Source: Hydrolagus colliei
Taxonomy: Eukaryota
Reading direction: 5' to 3'
Assembly: GCA_035084275.1 (NCBI GenBank)
Contig: CM068742.1
Location: 54,994,001-55,058,000, forward strand
DNA length: 64,000 nt
Part shown: piece after piece, positions 48,076-60,343 of the stretch
Position numbering within the stretch: the first letter of the stretch is position 1
Layout of the letters: every line of letters starts with the position of its first letter
Notes under the pieces: generated by a model
Told to the model about the DNA's origin: nothing
The model's input: only the letters and a program-made list of their open reading frames with translations
Database searches by the model: none
Translations under genes and position numbers: made by a program

Positions 48076-48397
48076 GGAGCTCCTGTAGCTCAGTGGTTAG
48101 AGCACTCGCCTTACAAGCATGAGATCTGTGTTTCAAATCCAGGCAGATCAGGGCAAAACCTAAGGCAAGTATCCTTACTCCACGCATCTAATAATAATCC
48201 ATCCAAAATAAACAATGATAAAATTGGTCAATTCAATCCATGTCTGTTTGTGGGACACTGCTGTGTGCAATTGGCTGCTGCGTTTCGCTCACAAATATAC
48301 TGTCAATTCACTTTGCAGTATATTGTGAAGCACTTTGAGACATCGATAAGATGTGAAAAGCGCAACATCATATGCAAGGATTATTATTAGTATTATT
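48076..48397 (+). mobile_element. tRNA-derived SINE, full length (short subfamily)
   Basis: A box tagctcagtgg, B-box-like gtttcaaatc, central box cc(t/a)aggcaagtatccttactccac, 3' domain tgtttgtgggacactgctgtgtgcaattggctgc, and L2-like tail ending tgcaaggattattatt. Confidence 0.92.
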
Positions 48398-48529
48398 CAG
48401 TGTGGTGACTCAATGTAAAGTCTGGGGCAGTTTGATCCTCCAGTATGAGTAAATTTGCACCCAGCACCCACTATGTGAATAAACCTTTCAAGGAGAGTCT
48501 GCTATGGAGATAGTGTGAAGGAGATAATG

Positions 48530-49012
48530 TGGTTGGATGCAAGGCAAAGTTCTCTGTATTACAAGCTGATAATGAAGCTTACTCATATATTTCAAGAAGG
48601 TACTCTTACTGCATGAAGGAAAATACTGATATGGTCACAGGCAGAAGAATTCTGAATAAACCAGTATGGGTTAGTTAGAGGAAACTGCAAGGTAGAGAGA
48701 AGAGTGCAAAAGTAAAAAATCATAAACATTTTCAAGCCTATCTTACATTGTCTGGAATGTGGGCCAAAACATTGGTTAGACTAGCAGACAATGGAAAAGT
48801 ATAGCACGAGCTTAGCATGCAAGTAATGATTGGCTTAAAGCATTAAGGAAGATTTGTCTAGGAACTATCACTGGTTAAGTAGGGGTATATAGACCCGCAC
48901 TTGTGTATTGTTTTTTGGTTCAAACCACAAGATACATGCCTGGATTGTAACCTTGCTGTAATAAAGGAGAACTTTTGAATCTACTTGGTGTCTGAGAATT
49001 GCTTATCCAACA
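48530..49012 (+). mobile_element. Possible decayed solo LTR
   Basis: ATTGG boxes, a TATA-like gtatatag (~48884) and AATAAA (~48960), ending ...tatccaaca. The 5' TG end and TSD are not resolved. Confidence 0.35.
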
Positions 49013-49122
49013 TTTTAGACATTGATGATCCAACACTTCACCAGTGTAACTTTCTGTTACCCACACAGTCAGTCATCTAGGTGAGGTTGTCAATTTGGCT
49101 AGTTTTGTGCTATGCCTTATAA

Positions 49123-49260
49123 CAGTGGTTCTCAACGTGTTGGGGCTCATTTATATACCTTAATGATCTGTTGTGAACCAGTAACCAGCTTTAGAGGAAA
49201 AAATCTATTTAACTAAATATTTCTCACCCACAATATATACTATACACATGAACAAAATAA
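49123..49260. mobile_element. hAT-Charlie-like terminus (partner TIR not found)
   Basis: cagtggttctcaacgtg is a typical Charlie TIR start. Confidence 0.4.
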
Positions 49261-49264
49261 TAAA

Positions 49265-49925
49265 CATATTGGATTTCATTTGGCGCCTTGTCATGCCTTC
49301 AAGATGTTTCAAAGCATTTTTCAAAATATACTGTATAATGAATTGACTGCATATTTTGTGCGTGAAACTTAGCAATTAATTGTGCACAGTCGTGTCCCAC
49401 AAACAGTCGTGGTTTGACTGACCAATTTATTTTTCAGGAGATTATAGTACAACTTCGATAATCTGACATTCCGAAAGATGGCAACTCCTTAAAACTGGCA
49501 AGGTTTTAAAATACATACAGTATTACAGTATTAGATTTTTTCCAATGTCCAGCAATCTCCTGATGTTTGGAACAGCTGCTTGCAGTTCCCAGCATTGCCA
49601 CTCTGTCATCCGGCGCTGTTGTGGGAGTTCGGGCCATTTTTTGGCGTCAGCGTTGTGTGTACAGCACATGTGGTGTATGGGGCGGAACTTCCCTGCTATT
49701 TCTAGGTAGGTTCCAAATATCAGCAAATTCCAAAATCCGGGAGGTGAGCGGGCCCAACCCTGCCAGATTATTGAGGTTTTACTGTATTACCCCCAGAAAA
49801 GCAAACCACTGATCAACGAACAATCAGATTCCTACTTACTGCTAGGTAATCAGAGGCATGCAGAGTAAAACAAATTGCCCAACATTTTGCCCCACCCAGG
49901 AATCAAACCCAGGTCCTCTATCTGT
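49265..49925 (-). mobile_element. tRNA-SINE (long subfamily) split by MITE 49445-49784
   Basis: 3' domain at 49265-49444. Head at 49785-49925 (ttcctacttactgctaggtaatcagaggcatg...ggaatcaaacccagg). Confidence 0.8.
49445..49784. mobile_element. Tigger-like MITE inserted into a SINE
   Basis: TIR tagtacaacttcgataatctg / cagattattgaggttttactg; TA TSD inside the SINE's attatta linker. Confidence 0.72.
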
Positions 49926-50944
49926 TAGAAGGCTGGTGACCTAACAGAAAAATGGTTCAGTTTGTTACATCTGTAGATTTGCTTGATTGTAAAGCAAAAT
50001 AATATTTTACTAAGTTTGCCAGTTGTTTTCTGTTTGATGCCTTCTGAAATATCCCATATCTTTCATTAGAAAGAGGGTTTTGAATGTCCACTAAAGAGCT
50101 GATTTTAAAACCAGATAGAGGTTATATTTCTTCTTGTATCTGTGATGGGATATCTCAGGCCAGCAACAGACTGTTCACTTGCAATGTTTTAATGAAAGAA
50201 GCAACTAAAATGTCACCTCACCTTATTTATGTTCTCCACAAACAATAGGTAGAGCACTCTTTTATTTCCACTCAACAATCACAAAAAGTCAAACAGCCAC
50301 AAAACTCTGGCCCAGTTCTTCCTGCTTTCTCTACCTCCAGATTCCCTTTCATTGGTCATAGTCAATTGATCCTTATTTACTAATTAGTATCCAAAACTCC
50401 CTACATCAACCATCACTGGCGAGAATGAAAAAAAGTTTAAGTGGTTGGATAGCATCACAAGATTGGTTTAGTTGAAGAAGGCGCTAAGGTGTTAGGGAAA
50501 GGGAAAGCATGAAAGAAATTTGTTCAGATAAAATGGAGCAGGTGGTTATTGTTCATTTCTGCTATTTTACGTCTTTACGGGAGGCTATGTGGTTGTGCAC
50601 TAGACATACGGAATGTTGTTACTGACTATACATCTACCTGTAAGTCCCTTATGCATCCCGAATAAAAGAGAGAAAGGTTGCACAATGCTGTCTCTAATGT
50701 TGCTCCCCAAATAGAAGCCAGGAGGATGTTTCTCACTAGTTCAGAATAATTCTCATACTAATTTATTTTTCCAGGAATACAAAGCATCCCAACTTTTGCT
50801 TGGCATATCTTCTTTGATGGCACAGTGAAAAACAACAACAAATTTACATTTACAGAGCGCCTTTCACATTGGTAGGTCGACCCAAGGCACTGGAACAAGG
50901 AGGAACTCAAAGTGCAGGTAAATTGCAAGCATTATAACTTCAAT

Positions 50945-51615
50945 TATAATAATGCCTCATCAAGACATCTCAGAGCAGTTCATAGGACATACTGTAAAGT
51001 GGATTGAGTTGCATTTTGTGGGCAAAACACAGCCACCAGTTTGTCCACATCGACGTCCGAGAAGTAACCATTGACTAAGTGGCTGGTTTTCTTTGGGGAA
51101 TTTATTGGCCAGGACGCTGAGAAAAACACCCTTCTCTTTTCGAATAATGCTGTGTTCACCTGACCAGACTAAATGTCTCATTGTTTGTAGCTCAATGGTT
51201 AGAGCACTCGCCTTACAAGTGTGGGACCTGTTCGAATCAAGGTAGGGTGAAACCTTGGGCAAGTTTCCTTGCTCCACATGCCTAATAATAATCCCTCAAA
51301 AAAAATTGTTCATTTCAATCCACGACTGTTTGTGGGACACTGCTGTGTGCAATTGGCTGCCGCATTTAGCCCACAAATATGCAATTAATTCACTTTGCAG
51401 TATATTCTGTGAAGCGCTTTGAGACATCTAGAAGACGTGAAAAGCACTATATCAAATACAAGGATTATTATTATCTGAAGATGAGCAAGTCTCATCTCAG
51501 TTTAATGTCTCATTTGAAGGTGGGCACATCCGACAACGCAACACCCCCACCTACCCACTCCCCCCAGCACTGCATTGGAGTCCCAATACGGGGCTTGAAC
51601 CCACAATCTTCAGTC
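50945..51615 (-). mobile_element. DeuSINE split by the SINE at 51186-51474
   Basis: attggccaggacgctgagaaaaacacccttctc before the insertion; ctcagtttaatgtctcatttgaagg...cttgaacccacaatcttc after it. Confidence 0.7.
51186..51474 (+). mobile_element. tRNA-derived SINE (short subfamily) inserted in an antisense DeuSINE
   Basis: A box tagctcaatgg, intact B box gttcgaatc, family body and tail. Confidence 0.9.
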
Positions 51616-52427
51616 TTATTAAAATTTCCAGTGGTCGACTGTTTAATTTTCTCCTCACAATAATGAATAAAAACAGCATCAACTCTCATGTTGGTTTACT
51701 AAGCTTTATACTTCACACCAGGACTTTGTGAATGCTTCTAAGAAAAGTGTAAAGGCTGGTTTCTGCACGCAAAAAGTACATTTTTTAAAGCTTCATTTTA
51801 AAAATACTCTACCACAAGGATATATTGTAAGAAAAAGACGTGCCCTGTATAAGCTGGACACAAATGTGATTGATAGTTAAAGGCAGGACTGGTATAAAAA
51901 TGTTGCTTTAATTTAGTTGAACAATATACCAGATTTGTTTCTTTCAATTTTTAACCTCAATATTTTTTGAGTGAACATATTCTGAACAGTTTCCAGTTGA
52001 CTTGCAAGCAGAGACAGTTCTTGTTGAACCCTTGACTGATGGAAACCCACATTAATGATTTATCTGAGAAATAGCTCAATATGCAATTTCGCCCAAGGAA
52101 GAGTTCGTGCCAAAAGACAAATTCAATATAATTGAATGTAAATGTTCCAAAAAAAATTCATTGAATCTAGCATAAGTTGTGATCAATATGTCCTAACAAC
52201 TATTGATATAGCCTTTTATGAAAGTATTGTGAATCTAGATCAGTGTTGCAGTCTGACAACCATGTTGTCGCTAACTGTGGGCTCAATTACTCAAAGCTTA
52301 AAAACAATTATCAAGGACATCAGGAATTATGTTTCGACCCACCATCAATGAATTCAGAAATAAACAAAATTTTCACTACAAGTTGAAAGTCGCATCGCAG
52401 ATATTATTTTATCAAAATAGATTTACA

Positions 52428-53010
52428 GCAACAACAACAAATTGCATTTGTTCAATACCTTTCACATTGGGAGGATAGGGGTGAGGAGCTAAATGATGGG
52501 ACTGCAGGATGGAGCTCCAGCAAGTGGATGCAGAAAGGCTCAAGCCTTGACTGCTGATAGTGGGGTGAGCAGGAAGAAGGACATGAAGTTGGTCAGGTTT
52601 TAGAAGGTCATGTTGATAGAGTGGGGCGAGACCTTAAAGGGATTTAAGAGTGAGATTGAGGATCTTCAATGCGCATCCCTGGGGGATGAGTAGCCAGTGG
52701 AGATGGGCAAGGATGGGAGTTATATGCCCCATCCTTGGAGAAAAGATGAATGACAGAGTTCAGAATAGTCTGCAGCTTGTGGACGGAAGGGTTGGGATGT
52801 CTGATGAGCAGAGAGTTGGCATCCAATGTTAGGGAGGTGGGCAATGCTGTGGAGGCGGGGGAAAGTTTAGCATTCAAGGCACGGATGTGGGGTTTAAAGG
52901 GCAGTTAGTAGATAAACATGACATCTAGGTTCTATGCTAGTTCCTTGAGGTGGAGGGTGCATCCAATTAGATTGATGCTGTCAGCACCTGAGGTGAGAAG
53001 ATGTTGAGAA
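52428..53010 (-). mobile_element. Decayed L2 LINE 3' fragment
   Basis: (CAA)n tail; minus-strand ORF remnant ANSLL..SVHKLQTILNS. Confidence 0.72.
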
Positions 53011-54413
53011 GCATGATGTAAAATTGAACCGATCAAACAATACTACATAATTACCGCTTCTCTTTCGTGAACTTGATCTCTATTCTACAGTTGTAGTTGC
53101 CAGGCTATCAGATCTTGGATTATGGATTTACTGTAATTAAGCCCAAAATACCACATTACGTCTAATTCTTGCTTTATTAAAGAACAATTAGAACGGCTAT
53201 AACTTTATTAAGAAATCAATGAAGGCAACACCATGGCACAACATTCATCTAGCCACTAACTTTTCCATCCTCTGCTGAATAAGAAAAAAAGGTACAAAAA
53301 CAATTTAATCTAGTCTTACCTTCCCAACACGTTCCAGTCTTCTTCGCGCTCACTCATCTCTAGCCACACATGGTGCTATCAACTGATATGTGCACAGGAC
53401 CTACCATGCTGTATTGTGTACGGTTACAATGTGTTAATACCAGTGAAGAGTGTTTGGGTTTAATTGATTTTTATGTTAATAAAAACAAGACACAATACAA
53501 CAGCCTTGGTGTTGCGCAATAATCCACATACCTATCTGTTAGTAGTATTATTAACTACAACATTGTAATCTATCAGAAAAAAAAATCCCTGAAGAGTATA
53601 GGGTGTTAATGTAAAATAAAGATTGACCGGTCAGATGAAAAGAATGCAAGGGTAACATCGAGAAAGTACGATTAATAATGTCCAGGCTAAGGTTGAACAA
53701 CAGTTCAACATTACCCGAAAACATGGTTGGACACTTGCCGCAGAAAGCAATGTGATCCATCAAAGTGAGACACTTGCTGATCTTCTGTCTTTTCATGCGC
53801 CACAGGAATGAGGAACTCATCAGTTATTGCCAATATGGTGTCTAAAGTTTGCTGACAGGTCGGGTAGGTGGTGTTCTGACTAACAACAAATCATCATGGT
53901 GATTAATGACCAAATTGATACTTGACCTACATCAGGCTATTCATTCAAGCAAAGCAATAAATACTTCTGAAAACTCCCAGGAAATGGAGCAGCTTGTGAG
54001 GACACAGTCAAAGTAGAATGACCTCTACAAGCTGATATCAAGATCTAACAATGTTCTGAGAGAATAGAAAATAGCTGAAAAACAGGCTTGGATATAGTGC
54101 CTGTGTAGTCAAAGTGACTACACTTTCTACCATATCGAAGAAACGTTAATTACTATTCTTTCAGACTCATCAAGGAAAGGTAGAAACTGTAAATATACAT
54201 GAAATATGAGCGGAAGAAACTAACTGCAGTTTTCAATGTTCATTATTTTAACCTATTTACCGGCTTGTATTGATAATGTTTTTCGATGGGGTACATTTTC
54301 AATTTCTTACTGAATGATAAGGATTGTATATGCTATTTATGTTTTTGAATTGCTGTGCAATCATTGATAGATGTAAGCAATAATAAAAAGCACATGCAAC
54401 AGTCTGGCTCTAA

Positions 54414-54490
54414 CCCAGGTAGCAAGCCCATATGGGACAAATTGGGTTGATCCATGCCCATATGGGCCCCACATGGGCTTGCTACCTGGG
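54414..54490. mobile_element. 77-bp palindromic MITE with CCCAG termini and 2-bp TSD (CMC/EnSpm-like)
   Basis: 18-bp perfect TIR cccaggtagcaagcccat / atgggcttgctacctggg, flanked by AA on both sides. Confidence 0.7.
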
Positions 54491-56961
54491 AATTTGTACC
54501 CTTGGAATTCCATAGAAAATGCAGTCTCAAATTAGACCATAATTAAATTACCAAATTCACACAGCAACCTTAACGACTCAACCAACTGCTGATGGCTTGT
54601 GTTGGAAACATGCCTTTTCTATATCACATTCTCGCAGGAATTATAGTAGATATCAAATTGTTCAATATCATCTTCCCTTTGAAAGAGGGTCCCCAGCTAC
54701 ATAGAGTAGAACTGATACATCTCTGTTTTTGCATAATGCAATTTGCCTGAAGATATGCACTCAACCTATTGAACACTTACTACTGTACATACTGTATTTT
54801 CATCTTTATACTATAGCTCAAGAGTATCTCAATCTGTAATTCCAATTTCACTAAGATACAGCCTGATTTTTGCCTCCAGTTCACTCTTTACCTGAGTGAA
54901 TTCACAATATGCAGTCGTTTCTAAGATTCTATGAAGTTCCAAATGCTGAATGTTACATCTACTAGAATACTATTCTTTGTAGCTCTATGCAAGTTACTTA
55001 AATGCTGCCATTGGTAAACTCTAGCTCACCTCAAGTGATGACAAAATATATATCATAATACAGTACTAGTATTATAGTTTGCTGCATTTGTGTATCCCAA
55101 TCTATTGAGTCATAAACATGTCCAATGGAGTAGTGTCAGCTTGTCATAATATAGAACTACGGTCAACCAACTGCAACCAGTCACAATACTGTAGTATGCA
55201 AGCATTTTTAAAAATCAATTACAGGGCATTATTCCATGCTTTTGAGTCATAATTATAATAAGATCAAGTAGGGTACTAGAATCACTGGGTAAAAAATATT
55301 TTCTATTGATTTTAAATAGTACAGTAACATTATTATAAAACTACAAATGATTGAATTGGTATTGATTGAAAATAGTAATATTACTGCATTCACCACATAT
55401 TTTGCACAAGAACTCAAGAGGATCAGAAGAAAAAAAAATGGAATTGAAGCAGAATGATTTGATGGTAACATATGAATTATGAATCATGTACAACAATCGC
55501 ACTGGTTTGTTTACTTAAGTGCTGGAAACTGACTGCAATATATTAATTTGTGCCATGAAGTAAAACTGTCATTACTTTAGAATTTCATAGAAAATATTTC
55601 TGGCTCTATAATTGTCTACATTAATGAAAATGGTGTCAATGTTACTGCGCATGTACAAGCCAATTTTATCAACATGATATTCCTCCAATAACTTTGCAGA
55701 GAGTGAAATTAAGATTCCAAATTAGCTTTGATTTTTATATTGGTCACTTGTGATAATCAACAGCGATGCTGCTAGTTGTGTCGTAACTGTTCACCTGGAA
55801 TTATAGTAGAATCATAGAAATTAGAGAAAATGTTCAGATAAAGTGGTTGACTGGTGCAAGACAATGTTAGGACAAACTATGATGCAACAACGTGAGTGGC
55901 ATTATAATGCCAGTTTTATTTACACTATGGTAATTGAGGTATATCCATGGCAATTGAAACATGAAAGCAATTACAATCAGCAGAGAATTTCAGCTCATCA
56001 TCATTTTGAGATGGAAGTAAACTTGAATGCAGAATTGAAAAAGGAGAGGTTATAGGTACCTGAAAACAATGTTTCTTAAAATTTCTTGGGAACATTTCTG
56101 TATAAATCTGAAGCTTCCCAGTCAGCAAAAATTCATAAAGCAGTTGGACTTACAGTAAGGATAGGTAAGAACATCGTCATTTGAGCCTGACCCAAATGTT
56201 AATTAATAGTATCCCAACATCACGTTAATAGACCCCAATAGACAACAACAATTTTATATTTATATTGTGTCTTTTATAATAGAAGTACAAAGTAATTCAC
56301 AGAGCTGACTGGGGGAGCATAAGCAGGAGGCAGCTAAGGAAAGAGTGTGAGTTTGGGGATGGAGGGAGGTGCAGATATAGAAGAAGTGATCAAAAGTGCA
56401 GTCAAAAAGAAACATTTTCAGGTCCTCTGAGCATCAAGAAGTGCCCAGCTGAATATTTGCACTGGTCTAAATAAGTCTGTATTAAATCAATATTTTGTTT
56501 CCAGTACAGTAGCTACTGAGTAGTGATATTTATGATGTGGCCATCATTCAAGAAATATTTAAATTAAAAAAATTAATTGGTTGGCCGACCCAAAAGGTTG
56601 ACCACTAATGCATTGGAGTATTAAACTGACGAATCATTGAATTAAGATGGATTTTGTTATTGTACAAAAAGGATGAAACATCCAAATGAAAAGTTATTGA
56701 AGTGGTCAAACATTTTCCTTGCAGTCACTTCTACAATGACTTTTTTTCGTGAAGTTTTAATATCACTTTTAATTCTCTCTACCTTAGGCATGTTTGCAAC
56801 GGATTTCCATTTAAATCCATCAAAACCCTTAAGAAATAGGGAACTGACATACATGTTCATGCTTTTTAACTGATGGTTAACATTGTTTGGGTTTCATTCT
56901 GAATTTTGCAAATAATTTACCTTCAGTTGAAGTGGTACCAGTTGAGTAACAGCATCTATTT

Positions 56962-57020
56962 AAAGCGCTCTGAAATGCCGTCCGGCGTGGAAGGCGCTAT
57001 ATAAATCGAAGTTGTTGTTG
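56962..57020 (+). mobile_element. Minimal L2 3' stem-loop tail insertion
   Basis: aaagcgctctgaaatgccgtccggcgtggaaggcgctatataaatcgaagttgttgttg. Confidence 0.75.
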
Positions 57021-58049
57021 GTTAATTTTAGATGAATGACTCACATGTAATTAGAGCCAGTTATGTTTGTAGGACAATAATCCATGGCAAAGTTAGCGTC
57101 AAGTTTGGTAGTGCGTCCTATTTATGCTCTTGGTTCTTGTTTTTTTTCCCCTTTTTAATCATACTATAGCTAAACCAATAAAAATTTTAATGTAAATACA
57201 TAGTGTCTGACACTAGAAGCATTACAAAAATAGGAAAATAAAATAAATTTTCATATCAGAAATGCTAAGCAGCAATATTCAAACAAGAAGCAACAATATG
57301 GCAATTATCTGCCATGCTATTAAACGTGCCTCTGAATCATAAGATTTGGGACTGAAATTCCATAATAAGATTTCCATCTCACAGTTTAGTCTGAAAGTCT
57401 ACTCAGTCTAGTGCAATGTTGGAGAAGCACCACTTTTTTGGAGACATTTTCGTTTGCTTCTGAGTCAAAGGTAGGGTGTTCAGACCTTATGGTACGATTT
57501 GAAACTCTAGGCTGACATTTACTTCAGCACCTTGGGACATCCTCCCGACTTGAAAGGTGCTCTATAAATGTAATTTTGTTGTTGTTCACTTCAATGGTAG
57601 TAACCTCTGCATTATTCTCCCCCCTATAACCCCTATACCCACTATGCCCCCCCTATACCCACCCTTCCTGCTCTCTACCCCTCCTGATCGCAGCCGTCAG
57701 ATCAGGTACAAATCTTTGACTATTATTGACATTTGACTATTGAAATGTAATTTGTTGTTGTGACAGTTTGTCTTTGGTCACTAAATTAATTGCTCATTGC
57801 AGCAGTAAAAACAAAGATTAACTTTTTTTTGAAAAAATTGCAGGTGAATACTGCTAATTCCCAACAACACCCCACCAAGATGTGGAAAGCTGACTGGAAA
57901 TAAATAATTTCAGTTGATTCAATTACATTTTTAAACAGGAATTTATTAAGCCATTCACTGCCCTTCAAATGCTCTAAATAGAAAGAAAACAAAACCCTGT
58001 GGGAGAGCACTATACATATTTTACAGAGTCAACAACCATTATGGATGCT

Positions 58050-58960
58050 GACTTTGTTAAACTTTTTAAATATTCATACCAATTCATACGTGTACTGATG
58101 GTGCTCTTCAGCACAGCTTCAATATCCCAGTGATATTAATTATAGTAGGAGTACGGAAATATCAATGCTGACAGCGCCGCAATGGTAAACAAAGTGCTAG
58201 CAGTCTTGCATTTCAAGGATGGCTTTAATATGCGATTAGTACTCAAGAATGGGGGGTGGTTCAGTGCTGCTGGTTCCCATTCAGTCAGTAAAAAGAATGG
58301 TCATTTCCGAAAATGATTTATAATAGTTATCCTTAACCTGTGTGAATTGCTGCGCACTTCAGAAGGGTCAGTAAGGAGATGTATTGAGCTTCCTACTCTT
58401 AATGACAATGTTCAATATACAATATAAAAACAGCCAACAGTCCTGTTTGTCAGATAATTATTTTAAACACTATCCGTGTTACTTATTCATTCTGTTTGCA
58501 GAGTAATTTAGATTTTTAAAAGGTTTTGTCCACACATCAAACTTAATTACCTTATTTTATTTGTGATATTTCACATGGGAAGCATAACAATTCCTTGTTG
58601 AGTGAATTTATAAACTTTTGCGACACCAAGTTAAAAGAATCTCCAGTTGCTAATAAATGTGCAATGATAATTAGGCATTATATGTCAGAGATGCCAAGTT
58701 TATAATGCAATAAACGGTACCCATGAGCTGAATAAACAATGATGCTGTAGTGCTTGGGGATAGGCTGTGTAGTGCCTTTCTATGTGGGAGCCATTATTTC
58801 CTCATAAATGTAACAGCTCCAAAATATATAGCCATAATAATATTTAGAAGCTACGATACTCCTGTGTCGTTAAAATAAATTTTAATATCACTGCTTGTTA
58901 AATCATGTGAGCAGTGTGCAAAGGTAGTCTGACATTCACTTCTATTCACCAAGATAAAAA
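58050..58960. promoter_or_regulatory. Candidate conserved non-coding element/enhancer block
   Basis: Repeat-free; forkhead-type gtaaacaa/ataaacaa, tgacag and taatta motifs. Conservation not tested. Confidence 0.3.
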
Positions 58961-59284
58961 AAGAGCAAACAAAATTCAAAACCTATAATGCATATTCTGA
59001 AGCATATTCTAAGTCACACCTTGTAGTTCAACTAACATAAACAAACTATTGTTGTTTGACTCTCAGTTCACAATGCTCATGGTTCCTGCTTATAATATAT
59101 GACAAATTGCTTGCTGTATTGCATTTCATTCATTAAGCATTGAATGCTTTTGATTATAACATTTTAAATGGGATTCAGAGTAAATTCAGAATAACCTTTT
59201 TGGGAACACTGAAAAGCAGAGGAAGATAACGCAGGTTTAAAGTTGTAAAGGGCAATTACATTTCAAGACAGACTTCATAATAAT

Positions 59285-59612
59285 ATAATATTATTCCTTG
59301 CATTTTATAAAGAGCCTTATCACGTCTTTCTGGATGTCTCAAAGTGCTTCACCTAATGTACTGTAAAGTGAATGGATTTGGCAGCCAATTGCACACAGCA
59401 GAGTCCCACAAGCAGTCATGGATTGAAGCGAACAATTTAAAAAAAAACATTTTTACGGGAAATATTACCTCCAGAAAAGCAGTTGACTAACAACTGGGTT
59501 CCTACTTACTGCTAGGTAAACAGAAATGTGTGGAGTAAGGAAACTTGCCCTGTTGCAAATCGAACCCAGGTCTCTTGCTTGCAAGGCTCGTGCACTAAAC
59601 TGCAGGAATCCA
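59285..59612 (-). mobile_element. tRNA-SINE (long subfamily)
   Basis: Tail, 3' domain, cctacttactgctaggtaaacag segment, and B box (aatcgaacc on +). Confidence 0.83.
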
Positions 59613-59759
59613 GTATTGCTTTACTCAGAGGATAATTAAAGGCTGGAACAGTCTAACAGAAAGGATGACTGAGGACAGGACGCTGATGTCATTTGAAAAT
59701 AACGCCTCAATGTTGTAATGGGAGGATATTAAGATGGGGATTCTTGAACCATGAGGTAA

Positions 59760-60110
59760 ATGAGTGTCAGCCTGAATCAGAAAGCTGTGGGTTCAAATCC
59801 CATGTCAGGATTTGATATCACATATTCCAATGCAGTGCTTGGGGATACGTTGCATTGTAGGAAGTTCAGATGAGGTGTTCAACCGAAGTCTGGTTTGTCC
59901 ATTCAGATGCAAGGTAAACACCTGAAGGCACTAATCTAAAAAAGAAGCGTGATTCCCCTGGCCAATAAATCTCCCAAATAAAAAAATGATCACTCACTCC
60001 ATAGCTGTTCTTAGAACATTAATGTGCACAAATTGGCCGCTGGGTTTGTCCACAAAATACACAATGATTCCAGTTTATAATGTATTGTATGAATCACTTT
60101 GAGATGCTAT
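59760..60110 (+). mobile_element. DeuSINE, decayed
   Basis: ctgaatcagaaagctgtgggttcaaatccc, ttcagatgaggtgttcaaccgaag, ccctggccaata and tgtgcacaaattggccgc. Confidence 0.75.
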
Positions 60111-60112
60111 AC

Positions 60113-60343
60113 CAGGGCGAAACCTTGGGCAAGTTTCTTTATTCCACACTCCTGATAATAATCCCTCAAAAAAAAATGGTTGTTTTATTCCATGACTGTT
60201 TGTGGGACACTGCTGTGTGCAATTGGCTGCCGCGTTTCACCCGCAAATATACAGTCAATTTACAGTATATTCTGTGTAGTGCTTTGAGACATTTAGAAGA
60301 TGTGAAAGAGCAATATCAAATGTAAGGAATATTATTATTATTG
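60113..60343 (+). mobile_element. tRNA-SINE (short subfamily, 5'-truncated) abutting a DeuSINE tail
   Basis: cagggcgaaaccttgggcaagtttc...atcaaatgtaaggaatattattatt. Confidence 0.87.

Noticed and set aside
48076-48150. tRNA gene (also at 9776 and 51186)
   Set aside because: The acceptor stem cannot form and the sequence continues into the SINE body, so this is a SINE head.
57522-57545. REST/RE1-like site ttcagcaccttgggacatcc
   Set aside because: It is an L2 tail fragment; the spacing and right half-site deviate from TTCAGCACCnnGGACAG.
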